A stretch of 64,000 nt of DNA from Candidatus Eiseniibacteriota bacterium. Its GTDB lineage: Bacteria > Eisenbacteria > RBG-16-71-46 > CAZEPH01. The notes below the pieces were generated by a model, which was not told the DNA's origin, ran no database searches, and was given only the letters and a program-made list of their open reading frames with translations. The position numbers and the translations under genes were made by a program. Where the stretch lies: contig JBGATO010000011.1 in the NCBI GenBank assembly GCA_044229145.1, positions 9,519 through 73,518 of the forward strand. Direction: 5' to 3'. Of this stretch, positions 9,622 to 19,657 are shown piece after piece. Each line of letters begins with the position of its first letter. The stretch's first letter is position 1.

Positions 9622-10403
9622 TGGCGACGCTCGCGCGCAAACCCAAGATCGCGGTGTGGAAGTTCGCCTCCTGCGACGGCTGCCAACTGACGCTGCTCAA
9701 CTGCGAGGACGCGCTGCTCGACCTCGCGGGTGCGGTCGACATCGCCTACTTTCCCGAAGCCTCGCGGCGGATGGAGAAGGGGCCGTTCGACATCTCGCTC
9801 ATCGAAGGCTCGGTGAGTTCGCCGGCCGACCTGCTGCGGGTCGTCCACGTGCGCAAGGTGTCGAAGGTGCTGATCACCATCGGCGCCTGCGCGACGGCGG
9901 GCGGCGTGCAGTCGATCCGCAATTGGCACGACGTCCGCGAGTATCTGCGGCTCGTCTATCAGCATCCCGACGATGTCGAGACGCTCGAGAAGTCGACGCC
10001 GATCGGCGAATACGTCCGCGTGGAGCATGAGCTGCGCGGCTGCCCGATCAATCGCGACCAGTTGCTCGAATTGCTCACCGCGTTGTTGTTCGGACGCCAG
10101 CCGCAGATCGCACGCCACAGCTTGTGCATCGACTGCCGCCGCCTCGGCATCCCGTGCGTGATGGTGTCGCAGGGCACGCCGTGCCTCGGCGGTGTCACGC
10201 AGACCGGCTGCGGCGCGTTGTGCCCGTCGTTCGGACGCGGCTGTTACGGATGTTTTGGCCCCATGGAATCGGCACACCCCGAGCCGCTCAGCGCACGCTG
10301 GAAGGAGCTGGGGCGCACCGAGCCGGAACTCGTCCGCGCGTACCGCACCTTCAATGCGCACGCGGCGGCCTTCCGGCGGGAGAGTGAAGCGCATGAGTCC
10401 TAA
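9621..10403 (+). CDS. Group 3b hydrogenase small (delta) subunit, 260 aa
   Basis: TGATG overlap; KFASCDGCQ, GACATAGG, LRGCP, C..C...C...CLG, GCGALCP, GCYGCFG. Confidence 0.94.
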   Translation: MATLARKPKIAVWKFASCDGCQLTLLNCEDALLDLAGAVDIAYFPEASRRMEKGPFDISLIEGSVSSPADLLRVVHVRKVSKVLITIGACATAGGVQSIRNWHDVREYLRLVYQHPDDVETLEKSTPIGEYVRVEHELRGCPINRDQLLELLTALLFGRQPQIARHSLCIDCRRLGIPCVMVSQGTPCLGGVTQTGCGALCPSFGRGCYGCFGPMESAHPEPLSARWKELGRTEPELVRAYRTFNAHAAAFRRESEAHES

Positions 10404-11721
10404 GACCGAATTCCCCAAGGCGGTCACCATCACGGTCGATCCGCTCGCCCGCATCGAAGGCGAGGCCGCGCTCGACGTCAAGCTGCGGGACGGCAAGGTG
10501 CACGACGTCAAGTTGCGCATCTTCGAGCCGCCGCGCTTCTTCGAGGCGTTCCTGCGCGGCCGCGCGTTCACCGAGGCGCCCGACATCACCGCGCGCATCT
10601 GCGGCATCTGCCCGATCGCCTACCAGATGGCGAGCGTCCACGCGATGGAACACGCACGTGGGGTCACCATCTCGCCGGAGATTCGCGCACTGCGTCGCCT
10701 GCTGTATTGCGGTGAGTGGATCGAGAGCCACGCGCTCCACATCCACCTGTTGCACGCGCCGGACTTCCTCGGCTACGAGGACGGCGTGGCGATGGCCGCC
10801 GATCATCCCGAGGTGGTCACCGCCGGCCTCATGATGAAGAAGCTCGGCAACGAGCTGATGTCGGTCATCGGCGGGCGTGAAGTGCATCCCGTCAACGTGC
10901 GGGTCGGCGGCTTCTACAAGGCGCCCAGCCGCGAGGCGCTGCGCGCGTTGTTGCCGCGCCTCCAAGAAGCGCGCGACGCGGCGGAGCGCACGGTGGCGTT
11001 CACGGCGGGCCTCACCATGCATCCGCTCGAGCGCGACATGGTGTTCGTCGCCGTCTCGCATCCCACCGAGTATCCGATGAACGAAGGGCGCATCCTGGCG
11101 AGCGACGGACTCGACATCGATGTGTCCGAGTACGAACAGCACTATCACGAAGACCACCGCGTCCACTCGAACGCGCTGCACTCGCACCGCGACGAGAACT
11201 TGCACTATGCGGTGGGGCCGCTGGCACGTTTCAACCTGCACTTCGCCAAGCTGACGCCGCGGGCGCGGCACGCGGCGGAGAAGGCGGGCGTGACGCCGCC
11301 GGTGACCAATCCGTTCCGCAGCATCGTCGTGCGCAGCATCGAGTTGTTGCACGCGCTCGACGAGGCGGTGCAGATCATCGAGGGCTACGTGCCGCCGGAC
11401 CCGGCATGGATTCCGGTGGAGCCCGGCCCGGGCACCGGCGCGGCGGCCACCGAGGCGCCGCGCGGCATGATCTACCACCGCTACACGCTCGACGACGACG
11501 GACTGATTCAGAAGGCCGTCATCGTTCCCCCCACGGCACAGAATCTGCCGACCATCGAGGATGACTTGCGGGAGTTCCTCGCCGCGCGTCTCGACTGGCC
11601 GAAGGACAAGCTGACATGGCACTGCGAGCAGACGGTCCGCAACTACGACCCATGCATCTCGTGCGCGACGCACAGTCTGCGACTGCACTTCGTGGAGGAG
11701 ACGGCGGCGGACGGCACGTAG
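10393..11721 (+). CDS. Group 3b [NiFe]-hydrogenase large (alpha) subunit, 442 aa
   Basis: RIEGE, L1 ARICGICP, EAPRG, L2 DPCISCATH followed by a 15-residue cleavable tail. Confidence 0.96.
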   Translation: MSPKTEFPKAVTITVDPLARIEGEAALDVKLRDGKVHDVKLRIFEPPRFFEAFLRGRAFTEAPDITARICGICPIAYQMASVHAMEHARGVTISPEIRALRRLLYCGEWIESHALHIHLLHAPDFLGYEDGVAMAADHPEVVTAGLMMKKLGNELMSVIGGREVHPVNVRVGGFYKAPSREALRALLPRLQEARDAAERTVAFTAGLTMHPLERDMVFVAVSHPTEYPMNEGRILASDGLDIDVSEYEQHYHEDHRVHSNALHSHRDENLHYAVGPLARFNLHFAKLTPRARHAAEKAGVTPPVTNPFRSIVVRSIELLHALDEAVQIIEGYVPPDPAWIPVEPGPGTGAAATEAPRGMIYHRYTLDDDGLIQKAVIVPPTAQNLPTIEDDLREFLAARLDWPKDKLTWHCEQTVRNYDPCISCATHSLRLHFVEETAADGT

Positions 11722-14426
11722 TCGTCGGCGTCGGCAACCTGTCGCGCGGGGATGACGCCGCGGGACCGCTGGTGGTCCGGGCGATCGCTGCGCGCGGGTT
11801 GGCCGGTGTCGAGGCACACGAACTGGGGGACGACACCACGGCGCTGCTCGACTGGTGCCGTGGTGCGTCGTCGCTGATCGTGATCGACGCGGTGGTGTCG
11901 GTGCCGCCGCAACCGCCCGGGACCGTGCACCGACTCGATGCGTCGCGTGCCGCGGTGCCGGCGACGTGGTCCGCGACCTCGACGCACGGGCTCGGCATTG
12001 GGCGCATGCTGGAGTTGGCACGCACGATGGGCTGCTTGCCGCCCGAGGGGTGGGTGTTCGGCATCGAAGCGGCGGCGTGCGAGACGGGGGAGGCGGTGAG
12101 CGCGGCGGTGAGCGCGGCGATGCAGGTGGTGGAAGACGATATCGTCCAACTCGCGCGCGGCGATGCGGAGGACGTGGTCGCGCGGCGGCTCCTGTTGCGC
12201 GGCGCCGTGCAAGGCGTCGGCTTCCGGCCGTATGTGTATCGCCTGGCGCACGCGCATGCGGTGAACGGCTCCGTGCGCAACACGACGGCGGGGGTTGAAA
12301 TCCACGTCGAGGGTCCGCGTGGACGTATCGACGCGTTCTTGCGCGCCCTGCCGCGGGAGGCGCCGCCGGCGGCGGAGATCCAGTCGTGCGATGTGCGCGC
12401 CACCGCGCCGCTCGGGCTCACCGATTTCGGCGTCGCACCCAGCGTAGCGTCCGCCGCAGCGCGCGGTCGTGTGCATCCCGACCTCGTCGTCTGCGGTGAT
12501 TGTCTGCGCGAGATGCACGATCCCGCGGATCGACGCTTCGGGTATCCCTTCCTGACGTGCACGAACTGCGGGCCGCGGCTCAGCATCGTGGACGGATTGC
12601 CCTACGACCGCGCCCGCACCACGATGCGCGGATTCCCGCTGTGCCCCGAGTGCGCCCGCGAATATCACGATCCCGGCAACCGCCGCTTCCACGCGGAGCC
12701 CGTCGCGTGTCCGGCCTGCGGGCCGCAACTGCTATGGGACGGGCCGCGTGAGGGCCGCGGCACCGCGCTCGAGCAGACGGCCGCGTGTCTGCGCGACGGC
12801 GGCATCGTGGCGTTGCAGGGGCTCGGTGGTTACCAATTGCTGGCCGACGCGCGCTCCGAGGCCGCGGTGACGCGGTTGCGCGCCCGCAAGCAGCGCGGCG
12901 ACAAACCCTTCGCCGTGATGTTCGGCGACCGCGCCATACTCGGGCAGTACGCCACGGTGGCCGCGGAGGCCGACGCGGCGCTGTCGTCGAGTGCGGCGCC
13001 GATCGTGCTCGTGCCCTTGCACGACGACGCCCCGCTGGCCGATGCGGTGGCGCCCGGCATGCGCACGGTCGGTGCGATGTTGCCGTCGACTCCCTTGCAT
13101 CAGCTGCTGCTCGAGGTGTTCGGCGGCCCGCTGGTGTGCACCAGCGGCAATCTCGCCGACGAACCGATGGCGCGCACCGCGGAGGACGCGCGCGCGCGGC
13201 TCGGCGGCATCGCCGATGCATTCCTGCACCACACGCGGCCGATCGCGCGCGTCGTCGACGACTCGGTGGTGCGGCCGATCGCCGGCGCGCCGGTGGTGCT
13301 GCGGCGCGCCCGCGGCTACGCGCCGTCGCCGATTCCGCTGCGCGGCGCATTGCCGACGGTGCGCGCGCTCGGCGGGCATCAGAAGGTCACGGTGGCGTGG
13401 ACGCACGGCGATGAAGTGGTCGCCAGTCAGCACCTCGGCGATATGGACACCCCACGCGCCCGGCGCGCGCTCGCCGACACGGTGCGCGATTTCGAGGCGC
13501 TCTATCACCTCGCACCACAGGCCGTGGTGTGCGATCTCCATCCCGATTACGCGACCACCGCGATGGCGCGCGAGAGCGGTCTCGACGTCATCGCGGTGCA
13601 ACACCACCACGCGCACGTGGTGAGCCTGCTGGCCGAACACGATCTCGACGGCGACATCCTCGGCGTGGCGTGGGACGGCACCGGCTACGGTCTCGACGGC
13701 ACGATCTGGGGCGGTGAATTCCTCCACGCCTCGCGCGACCGCATGGAGCGCCGCGCTCACCTGCGATCGTTCGCGCTGCCGGGCGGCGAGGCGGCGAGCC
13801 GCGCGCCGTGGCGCTCCGCGCTCGGGGTGCTGGCCGCGGTGTATGGCGACGCGATGTGGAATCTCGACTGCGCGCCGGTGCGCCACGCCCGCGCACGGCG
13901 CAGCGTTCTGGCGCGCATGCTCGAAACCGGCGTCGGCACTGTCACCACGACGAGCGCCGGCCGTCTCTTCGATGCCGTGGCATCCCTGCTCGATCTGCGG
14001 CAGGACACCAGTTACGAAGCGGAAGCGGCGATGGCGCTCGAGCAGGCGGTGCGTCGTGGTGTGCGCACCGAACTGCTGCCGATCGGTTTCGACGCGGCGC
14101 CGCTCAGCCTCGACTGGCGTCCGACGATCGCCGCACTGCTCGACGAACGACGACGCGGCGCCGAGCCGGCCGACCTGGCGGCGCGCTTTCACCGCACGCT
14201 GGCGCGCGCGATCGCCGACATGGCGACCGTGCTCGGCGCATCGCGCGTCGGGCTCACCGGCGGCTGCTTTCAGAATGCGGTGCTCACCGAGTGGACGTGC
14301 GAGGAACTGCGGGGGCGCCACATCGAGGTGGTCACGCATCGCGAGGTGCCACCGAACGACGGTGGTCTCAGTATCGGCCAAGCCTTGATCGGCGCGACGC
14401 AACTAGCGGCGCGCGCGGAGGGATGA
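11616..14426 (+). CDS. hypF: Fusion of hydrogenase maturation endopeptidase (HycI/HybD family) and carbamoyltransferase HypF; start codon uncertain
   Basis: One stop-free frame. Protease motifs VGVGNLSRGDD, IVIDA, STHG (~11718-12160) precede HypF motifs GAVQGVGFRP, CGDC..CTNCGPR, CPEC..CPACGP, QHHHAH, DGTGYG, PPNDGG. Confidence 0.9.
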   Translation: MALRADGPQLRPMHLVRDAQSATALRGGDGGGRHVVVGVGNLSRGDDAAGPLVVRAIAARGLAGVEAHELGDDTTALLDWCRGASSLIVIDAVVSVPPQPPGTVHRLDASRAAVPATWSATSTHGLGIGRMLELARTMGCLPPEGWVFGIEAAACETGEAVSAAVSAAMQVVEDDIVQLARGDAEDVVARRLLLRGAVQGVGFRPYVYRLAHAHAVNGSVRNTTAGVEIHVEGPRGRIDAFLRALPREAPPAAEIQSCDVRATAPLGLTDFGVAPSVASAAARGRVHPDLVVCGDCLREMHDPADRRFGYPFLTCTNCGPRLSIVDGLPYDRARTTMRGFPLCPECAREYHDPGNRRFHAEPVACPACGPQLLWDGPREGRGTALEQTAACLRDGGIVALQGLGGYQLLADARSEAAVTRLRARKQRGDKPFAVMFGDRAILGQYATVAAEADAALSSSAAPIVLVPLHDDAPLADAVAPGMRTVGAMLPSTPLHQLLLEVFGGPLVCTSGNLADEPMARTAEDARARLGGIADAFLHHTRPIARVVDDSVVRPIAGAPVVLRRARGYAPSPIPLRGALPTVRALGGHQKVTVAWTHGDEVVASQHLGDMDTPRARRALADTVRDFEALYHLAPQAVVCDLHPDYATTAMARESGLDVIAVQHHHAHVVSLLAEHDLDGDILGVAWDGTGYGLDGTIWGGEFLHASRDRMERRAHLRSFALPGGEAASRAPWRSALGVLAAVYGDAMWNLDCAPVRHARARRSVLARMLETGVGTVTTTSAGRLFDAVASLLDLRQDTSYEAEAAMALEQAVRRGVRTELLPIGFDAAPLSLDWRPTIAALLDERRRGAEPADLAARFHRTLARAIADMATVLGASRVGLTGGCFQNAVLTEWTCEELRGRHIEVVTHREVPPNDGGLSIGQALIGATQLAARAEG

Positions 14427-14428
14427 CC

Positions 14429-14680
14429 ATGTGCCTGGCAGTGCCCGGCGAAATCCTTGCCGACGGCATCGGCCCCACCGGACTGCGCACCGGCCGCGTG
14501 CGCTTCGGCGGGGCCGAGCGCGATGTGTGCCTCGAGTACGTGCCGGAGGCGCGGGTCGGTGACTACGTGTTGGTGCACGTCGGTGTCGCCATCGGCACCC
14601 TGCGGCCGGAGGACGCCGCGCCGGTGCTCGCCGAATTCGACCGCCTGCGCGAGACCTTGCGCGCGGAGGCGGCGCGATGA
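14429..14680 (+). CDS. hypC: Hydrogenase assembly chaperone HypC
   Basis: MCLAVPG N-terminus; [13 protein letters not shown]. Confidence 0.95.
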   Translation: MCLAVPGEILADGIGPTGLRTGRVRFGGAERDVCLEYVPEARVGDYVLVHVGVAIGTLRPEDAAPVLAEFDRLRETLRAEAAR

Positions 14681-15804
14681 AGCACCTCGACGAATATCGC
14701 GCCGGCGACGCGGCGCGAGAGCTCGCCGCGCTCATCCGCGCGACCGTCACGCGGCCGTGGACGCTCATGGAGATCTGCGGCGGTCAGACGCACAGCATCG
14801 TGCGCTCGGGACTCGACACGCTGCTGCCGGATCTCGTCACGCTGGTGCACGGCCCCGGCTGCCCGGTTTGCGTCACGCCGGTCGCCACGCTCGACCGCGC
14901 GCTGCGCCTCGCGGCGCGCCCCGGCATCACGTTCACGAGCTTTGGCGACATGCTGCGCGTCCCCGGCACGCGTGACGATCTGCTGCGGGTGCGCGCGGCC
15001 GGTGGCGATGTGCGCACCGTCTACTCGCCGCTCGATGCGGTGGCGCTTGCCGAGCGCATGCCCGAGCGCCACGTGGTGTTCTTCGCGGTTGGCTTCGAGA
15101 CGACGGCGCCGGCCAACGCGATGGCGGTGCGGTTGGCGGCCCAGCGCGGGCTGACCAACTTCAGCCTGCTCGCCGCGCACGTGCGGGTGCCGCCGGCGAT
15201 GCGCGCCATCCTCGACGATCCCGACTGTCGCGTGCAGGGTTTCCTGGCGGCCGGTCACGTCTGCACGATCGTCGGCACCGGCGAATACGAGGACCTCGCG
15301 CGAACCTATCGCGTGCCGATCGTGGTCACCGGCTTCGAGCCGGTCGACATCCTGCAGGGCATCCTGCTCGCGGTGCGGCAGCTCGAGGACGGTCGCGCCG
15401 AGGTCGAGAACCAGTACGCCCGCGCGGTGCGGCGCGACGGCAACCGCGCCGCGCAAGATGCGGTGCGCGAGGTCTTCGAACCCGCGACGCGCGCGTGGCG
15501 CGGTCTCGGTGCGATCGCCGACTCCGGGCTCCGCATCCGCGATGCCTACGCGCAGTACGACGCCGAACGCCGCTTTCCCGACGACACGCCGGATGTGCCG
15601 GAGCCCGCCGTGTGCCAGTCCGGTCTCGTGCTGCAAGGCCGTCTGGCGCCTACCGCGTGTCCCGCATTCGGCGATGGCTGCACGCCGGAACATCCGCTCG
15701 GCGCCCCGATGGTGTCGAGCGAGGGTGCCTGCGCCGCCTACTATCGCTACCGCCGCACCGCGTGCGCCGCCGCGTCGCGGGCCGAGGAGAACGCGCATGC
15801 CTGA
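14677..15804 (+). CDS. hypD: Hydrogenase formation protein HypD
   Basis: [25 protein letters not shown]-terminal Cys cluster ending MVSSEGAC. Confidence 0.96.
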   Translation: MKHLDEYRAGDAARELAALIRATVTRPWTLMEICGGQTHSIVRSGLDTLLPDLVTLVHGPGCPVCVTPVATLDRALRLAARPGITFTSFGDMLRVPGTRDDLLRVRAAGGDVRTVYSPLDAVALAERMPERHVVFFAVGFETTAPANAMAVRLAAQRGLTNFSLLAAHVRVPPAMRAILDDPDCRVQGFLAAGHVCTIVGTGEYEDLARTYRVPIVVTGFEPVDILQGILLAVRQLEDGRAEVENQYARAVRRDGNRAAQDAVREVFEPATRAWRGLGAIADSGLRIRDAYAQYDAERRFPDDTPDVPEPAVCQSGLVLQGRLAPTACPAFGDGCTPEHPLGAPMVSSEGACAAYYRYRRTACAAASRAEENAHA

Positions 15805-16840
15805 ACTCGCCTGCCCGCTGCCGCTCACCACCACCGATCGCGTCCTGCTCGGCCACGGCGGCGGCGGCCGCCTCACCCGCGATCTCATCGCCGAGGTGTT
15901 CCTCACCGCATTCGGGCCGTCGCCGCACGCTGCGTTGCACGATGCCGCGCTGTTGCCGGCGTCGACGCGGCCACTCGCCTTCACCACCGACAGCTTCGTC
16001 GTGCAGCCGTTGTTCTTCCCGGGCGGCGACCTCGGGACGCTCGCGGTGTGCGGCACGGTGAACGATCTCGCGATGGCCGGCGCGCGGCCGCTCGCGCTGA
16101 GCGCGGCGTTCATCCTCGAGGAAGGCTGCGCGGTCGCGGATCTGCGGCGGGTCGTCGCCTCGATGGCCGAGGCGGCACGGCACGCCGGTGTGCGCATCGT
16201 CACCGGCGACACCAAGGTCGTCGAGCGCGGCAAGGGCGACAGCATCTTCGTCACCACGACCGGCGTCGGGGAAGTGATTGCCCCGCGGCCGGTGCATCCG
16301 CGTCGCGTCCAGCCGGGCGATGTCGTGATCGTCAGCGGCACGCTCGGCCAGCACGGGGTGGCGGTGATGGCGCGGCGCGAAGGCCTCGCGTTCGCCGCGC
16401 CGATCGTCAGCGATTGCGCGTCGGTGGCCGGACCGGCGCTGGCGCTGCTGGACGCCGGACTCGACGTGCACTGCATGCGCGACCCGACGCGCGGCGGTGT
16501 CGCCACGACGATGCACGAAATCGCCACCGCCGCGCACGTCGACATTGCACTCGACGAAGACGCGGTGCCGGTCAGTCCCGAAGTCGAGGGCGCGTGCGAG
16601 GTGCTCGGGCTCGATCCGCTCTACGTCGCATGCGAAGGGCGCTTCGTGGCCATGCTGCCTCCGGACGATGCGCGCGAGGCGCTCGACATCCTGCACGCGC
16701 ACGGCTTCACGGCGGCGGCGCGCATCGGCACGGTCCACGAGGCCGAGGCGATGGGCGCGCCGCTGACCCTGCGCACGCGACTCGGCAGCCTGCGCGTGCT
16801 CGATCTGCTGAGCGGCGAACAACTGCCGCGCATCTGTTGA
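15797..16840 (+). CDS. hypE: Hydrogenase maturation protein HypE
   Basis: [37 protein letters not shown]-terminal PRIC. Confidence 0.96.
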   Translation: MPELACPLPLTTTDRVLLGHGGGGRLTRDLIAEVFLTAFGPSPHAALHDAALLPASTRPLAFTTDSFVVQPLFFPGGDLGTLAVCGTVNDLAMAGARPLALSAAFILEEGCAVADLRRVVASMAEAARHAGVRIVTGDTKVVERGKGDSIFVTTTGVGEVIAPRPVHPRRVQPGDVVIVSGTLGQHGVAVMARREGLAFAAPIVSDCASVAGPALALLDAGLDVHCMRDPTRGGVATTMHEIATAAHVDIALDEDAVPVSPEVEGACEVLGLDPLYVACEGRFVAMLPPDDAREALDILHAHGFTAAARIGTVHEAEAMGAPLTLRTRLGSLRVLDLLSGEQLPRIC

Positions 16841-16850
16841 GCGGGCGCCG

Positions 16851-17294
16851 CTAGAAGGGGCCGCGCGCGTCGCGGCGGTGCGCCGCGATGCCGCAGAGCA
16901 GGAGGATCGCCAGATTCTCCGTCAACTTCATCGCCCCGACGCGCGGCGCGTCGAGCGTGCCAAAGCAGCCGCACGCGATGTTCAACCCGCGCGCCATCGC
17001 CGACGCCACCGCCAGCGTGAACACCACCATGAGCGCGCCGCCGAGCCAGGCGCCGGCGCGTCCGCGCCGCGTCGTGAACAGTGCGACCGCCACCACCAGT
17101 TCGATCCACGGCAGGACGATCGCGAGCGTGTTCTCGAAGCCGCCGGGCACCAGACGGAAGTTGGCGATGTCCTCGGCCAGTTGCGCCGGCGCGCCGATCT
17201 TCGACACCGCGGCGAGCGCGAACAAGCCGCCCAACAGCCAGCGCGCCGCGAGCACCACCGGCTCGGTCGGCACCCACACCCGTGTCGCGCTCAT
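16851..17294 (-). CDS. MauE/DoxX family membrane protein, 147 aa
   Basis: ATGA overlap with the rhodanese; ARWLLGGLF..AAVSKI, LPWIEL, RGLNIACGCFG. Confidence 0.9.
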   Translation of the reverse strand: MSATRVWVPTEPVVLAARWLLGGLFALAAVSKIGAPAQLAEDIANFRLVPGGFENTLAIVLPWIELVVAVALFTTRRGRAGAWLGGALMVVFTLAVASAMARGLNIACGCFGTLDAPRVGAMKLTENLAILLLCGIAAHRRDARGPF

Positions 17295-18064
17295 CGACTG
17301 CCTCCAGCGCGCGGCGCGACCTCGAGGGCGCGGCCCGCGCCCGTCCATTCGGCGGTGCCGCCCTCGAACACCAGCACGCGCGTGTAGCCGAGGCCGCAGA
17401 GCGCGGTCGCCAGCTCGCGCGACAACGGACAGCCGTCGCCGCCGCAGTACACCAGCACCGGTTGACTCGGCGGTGCCAGACCGCGCAGCGGTTCGACGTC
17501 GCCGCCGAGCGCGTCGTAGGACAGCGACCGTGCGCGCGGCAGATGGCCGTCGGCGAATTCGTCCGCGGTGCGGGCGTCGAGCACGAGCACATCGTCCTGG
17601 TGGAGCAAGCGGTCGACCTGCGCGAGCGACACCGTGCGGGGCGCGGTCGACTCAGGCACGGTCAGCGGGGGAGGCGCCTCCGGACGTGCGGTGCTCGTGG
17701 TGTCGCGCGCCGGAGCCGTCGCCGGGACAGGGGAGACCGTTGCCGCCGTGGGAGCGATGTGGCGCGGTGCCGGCGTGGCGGCCGCGAGTTCCGGGATGAC
17801 GCCGGCCTCCCGCGCGGCCGCAGGCGCAGGAGTAGCCGGTGCTTCCGCAACTGGGGCAATCGGAGCAGCGGGTATCTCCACGAGGGCGGCGAGCGGGGCG
17901 GTGTTCGCCCGCCAGGCCAGCCCGCGGGCCGGCCGCTCGCGCAATCCCATGACGTTGTGCGCGCCCCCCAACACCACCCCTGCGAACAGCAGCAGGACGA
18001 CGCCGCGCATCGTGTCGCCGGTGTCGCCGTCGCCGTGCCGTGTTCGCGCTCCCTGTGCATTCAT
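17291..18064 (-). CDS. Membrane-anchored rhodanese-domain protein (alternative start 18010)
   Basis: N-terminal TM helix, Ala/Pro linker, then VLDARTADEFADGHLPRA, YCGGDGC, FEGGTAEW. Confidence 0.88.
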   Translation of the reverse strand: MNAQGARTRHGDGDTGDTMRGVVLLLFAGVVLGGAHNVMGLRERPARGLAWRANTAPLAALVEIPAAPIAPVAEAPATPAPAAAREAGVIPELAAATPAPRHIAPTAATVSPVPATAPARDTTSTARPEAPPPLTVPESTAPRTVSLAQVDRLLHQDDVLVLDARTADEFADGHLPRARSLSYDALGGDVEPLRGLAPPSQPVLVYCGGDGCPLSRELATALCGLGYTRVLVFEGGTAEWTGAGRALEVAPRAGGSR

Positions 18065-18325
18065 CGGGCGTTCCCCTGTGCCTTGGCTATTGGTGAAGTG
18101 TACTGCGTCTCGGAGCGCCGGCTGCATGGGCCAGCGGTGGAGGCGGACCCGCCGAGCCTCCACCATTGCACACCGCGCAAGGCCTTTGCGTCCGCCGGGC
18201 GCTGTGGCAGGATGGCGGCTCCCACCGCGTTCGTGCGGTGTCCGCGCGCCACGCCTCCGGCCTGGCGCATCGTCGCGGCGTGCCTCCGGCCGCCCGCCAC
18301 CTTCGGGAAGGACCGCCCCGCTCTC

Positions 18326-19303
18326 ATGGCCGCCGCAAGGACACCCCTCGACTTCTTCCGCGTGACGACACCGCAACCGCATCCCGCCGTCACCAAGCGC
18401 CTCCTGGCGTCCCACCCCGCGATCCGCGACCTCATCGGCATCAATCCGTGGTCGGTGCTGATCGTCGTGGTGCTGGCCGGCCTGCAGACCGCGATGGCCA
18501 TCGTGCTGTCGCGCGGCGACGCGCCGTGGTGGCTCATCCTGCTCACCGCGTACACCTTTGGCGCCACCGTCGACCACGCGCTGTGGGTGATGATCCACGA
18601 AGCGACGCACAATCTGATGTCGAAATCGCGCGCCGTGAATCTCATTGCCGGCTACCTCGCCAACGCCCCGATGGTGGTGCCAGGCTTCGCGTTCTTCCAG
18701 CTCTACCACTTGCGCCATCACAGCTTCCAGGGCGAGTTCGAGGACGATGCCGATCTCCCCGGCGCCTTCGAGGCGAAGGTGGTCGGCAACGGCATGCTGT
18801 CGAAAGCGCTCTGGCTGCTGATCTTTCCGGTGTGGCAGTCGTTCCGGCCGCTGCACTTGGTGCCGCGGCAGTTCCTGCGGCCGGCCGCGGTGGTGAACTT
18901 TTTGACGCAGGGCGCGTTCGTTGCGCTGCTTCTGCAGGTCGCGCACCTCGATGCCGTGTGGTATTTGCTGGCGTCGCTCTTCTTCTCGCTCGGCCTGCAC
19001 CCGTATGGCGCGCGGTGGATCCAGGAGCACTACACGTTGACGCCCGAGCAGGAGACCTACTCCTACTACGGCCGCGCCAACTTGGTGGCATTCAACGTTG
19101 GATTCCACAACGAGCATCACGACTTCCCGTCGGTGCCGTGGAATCGCCTGCCGGCGCTCAAGGCGATGGCGGCGGAGCACTACGACGGCCTGGCAGCCCA
19201 CCGCTCGTGGTCGAGGTTGTTGCTGCGGTTCCTCGCCGACTCTCGCTTCAGCTTGTACTCGCGCGTGGTGCGACCGGGGCGTCGTCACACGTCGGCCGCC
19301 TGA
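18326..19303 (+). CDS. Sphingolipid delta-4 desaturase/hydroxylase-like membrane desaturase (DEGS-like), 325 aa
   Basis: His boxes HEATH, HLRHH, HNEHH; DEGS-type QPH...LLASHPAIRDL N-terminus and ETYSYYG..N...FNVGFHNEHHDFP. Confidence 0.85.
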   Translation: MAAARTPLDFFRVTTPQPHPAVTKRLLASHPAIRDLIGINPWSVLIVVVLAGLQTAMAIVLSRGDAPWWLILLTAYTFGATVDHALWVMIHEATHNLMSKSRAVNLIAGYLANAPMVVPGFAFFQLYHLRHHSFQGEFEDDADLPGAFEAKVVGNGMLSKALWLLIFPVWQSFRPLHLVPRQFLRPAAVVNFLTQGAFVALLLQVAHLDAVWYLLASLFFSLGLHPYGARWIQEHYTLTPEQETYSYYGRANLVAFNVGFHNEHHDFPSVPWNRLPALKAMAAEHYDGLAAHRSWSRLLLRFLADSRFSLYSRVVRPGRRHTSAA

Positions 19304-19657
19304 GCGGGACGCGGGGGACAGCTCTGCTTGCCGCGACGCCTGACGGCTCGCGGTGCCGCACAGACGCGACACTCTTCGATGCGTCGTCGGCGGACGCGAA
19401 ATTCGCTGGCGGCTCCGGCGGCCGGCTGGTAGGGTGGCCGGTAGTACCGTGATTATGCTACTGAGGTCGTAGGGGCCCCACGCTCCCTCGTGGGATCCCG
19501 GTTGCGTGGCGCGTCCCTGCCGAACGCGCACTGTCTCGCACACACGCGAAGTCGACCTCGCCCTGGGGACGCGCTTCATGCACCTCCACAGTCTCGGCGT
19601 GGGAGTTCCCTCCGACGCCGGCTACTCCCGCCGTACCTGTCTCGGTGCGGGCGCCCG

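Noticed and set aside
11640..11675. Selenocysteine-containing [NiFeSe] hydrogenase
   Set aside because: The L2 motif is DPCISC with ordinary Cys codons and no in-frame TGA.
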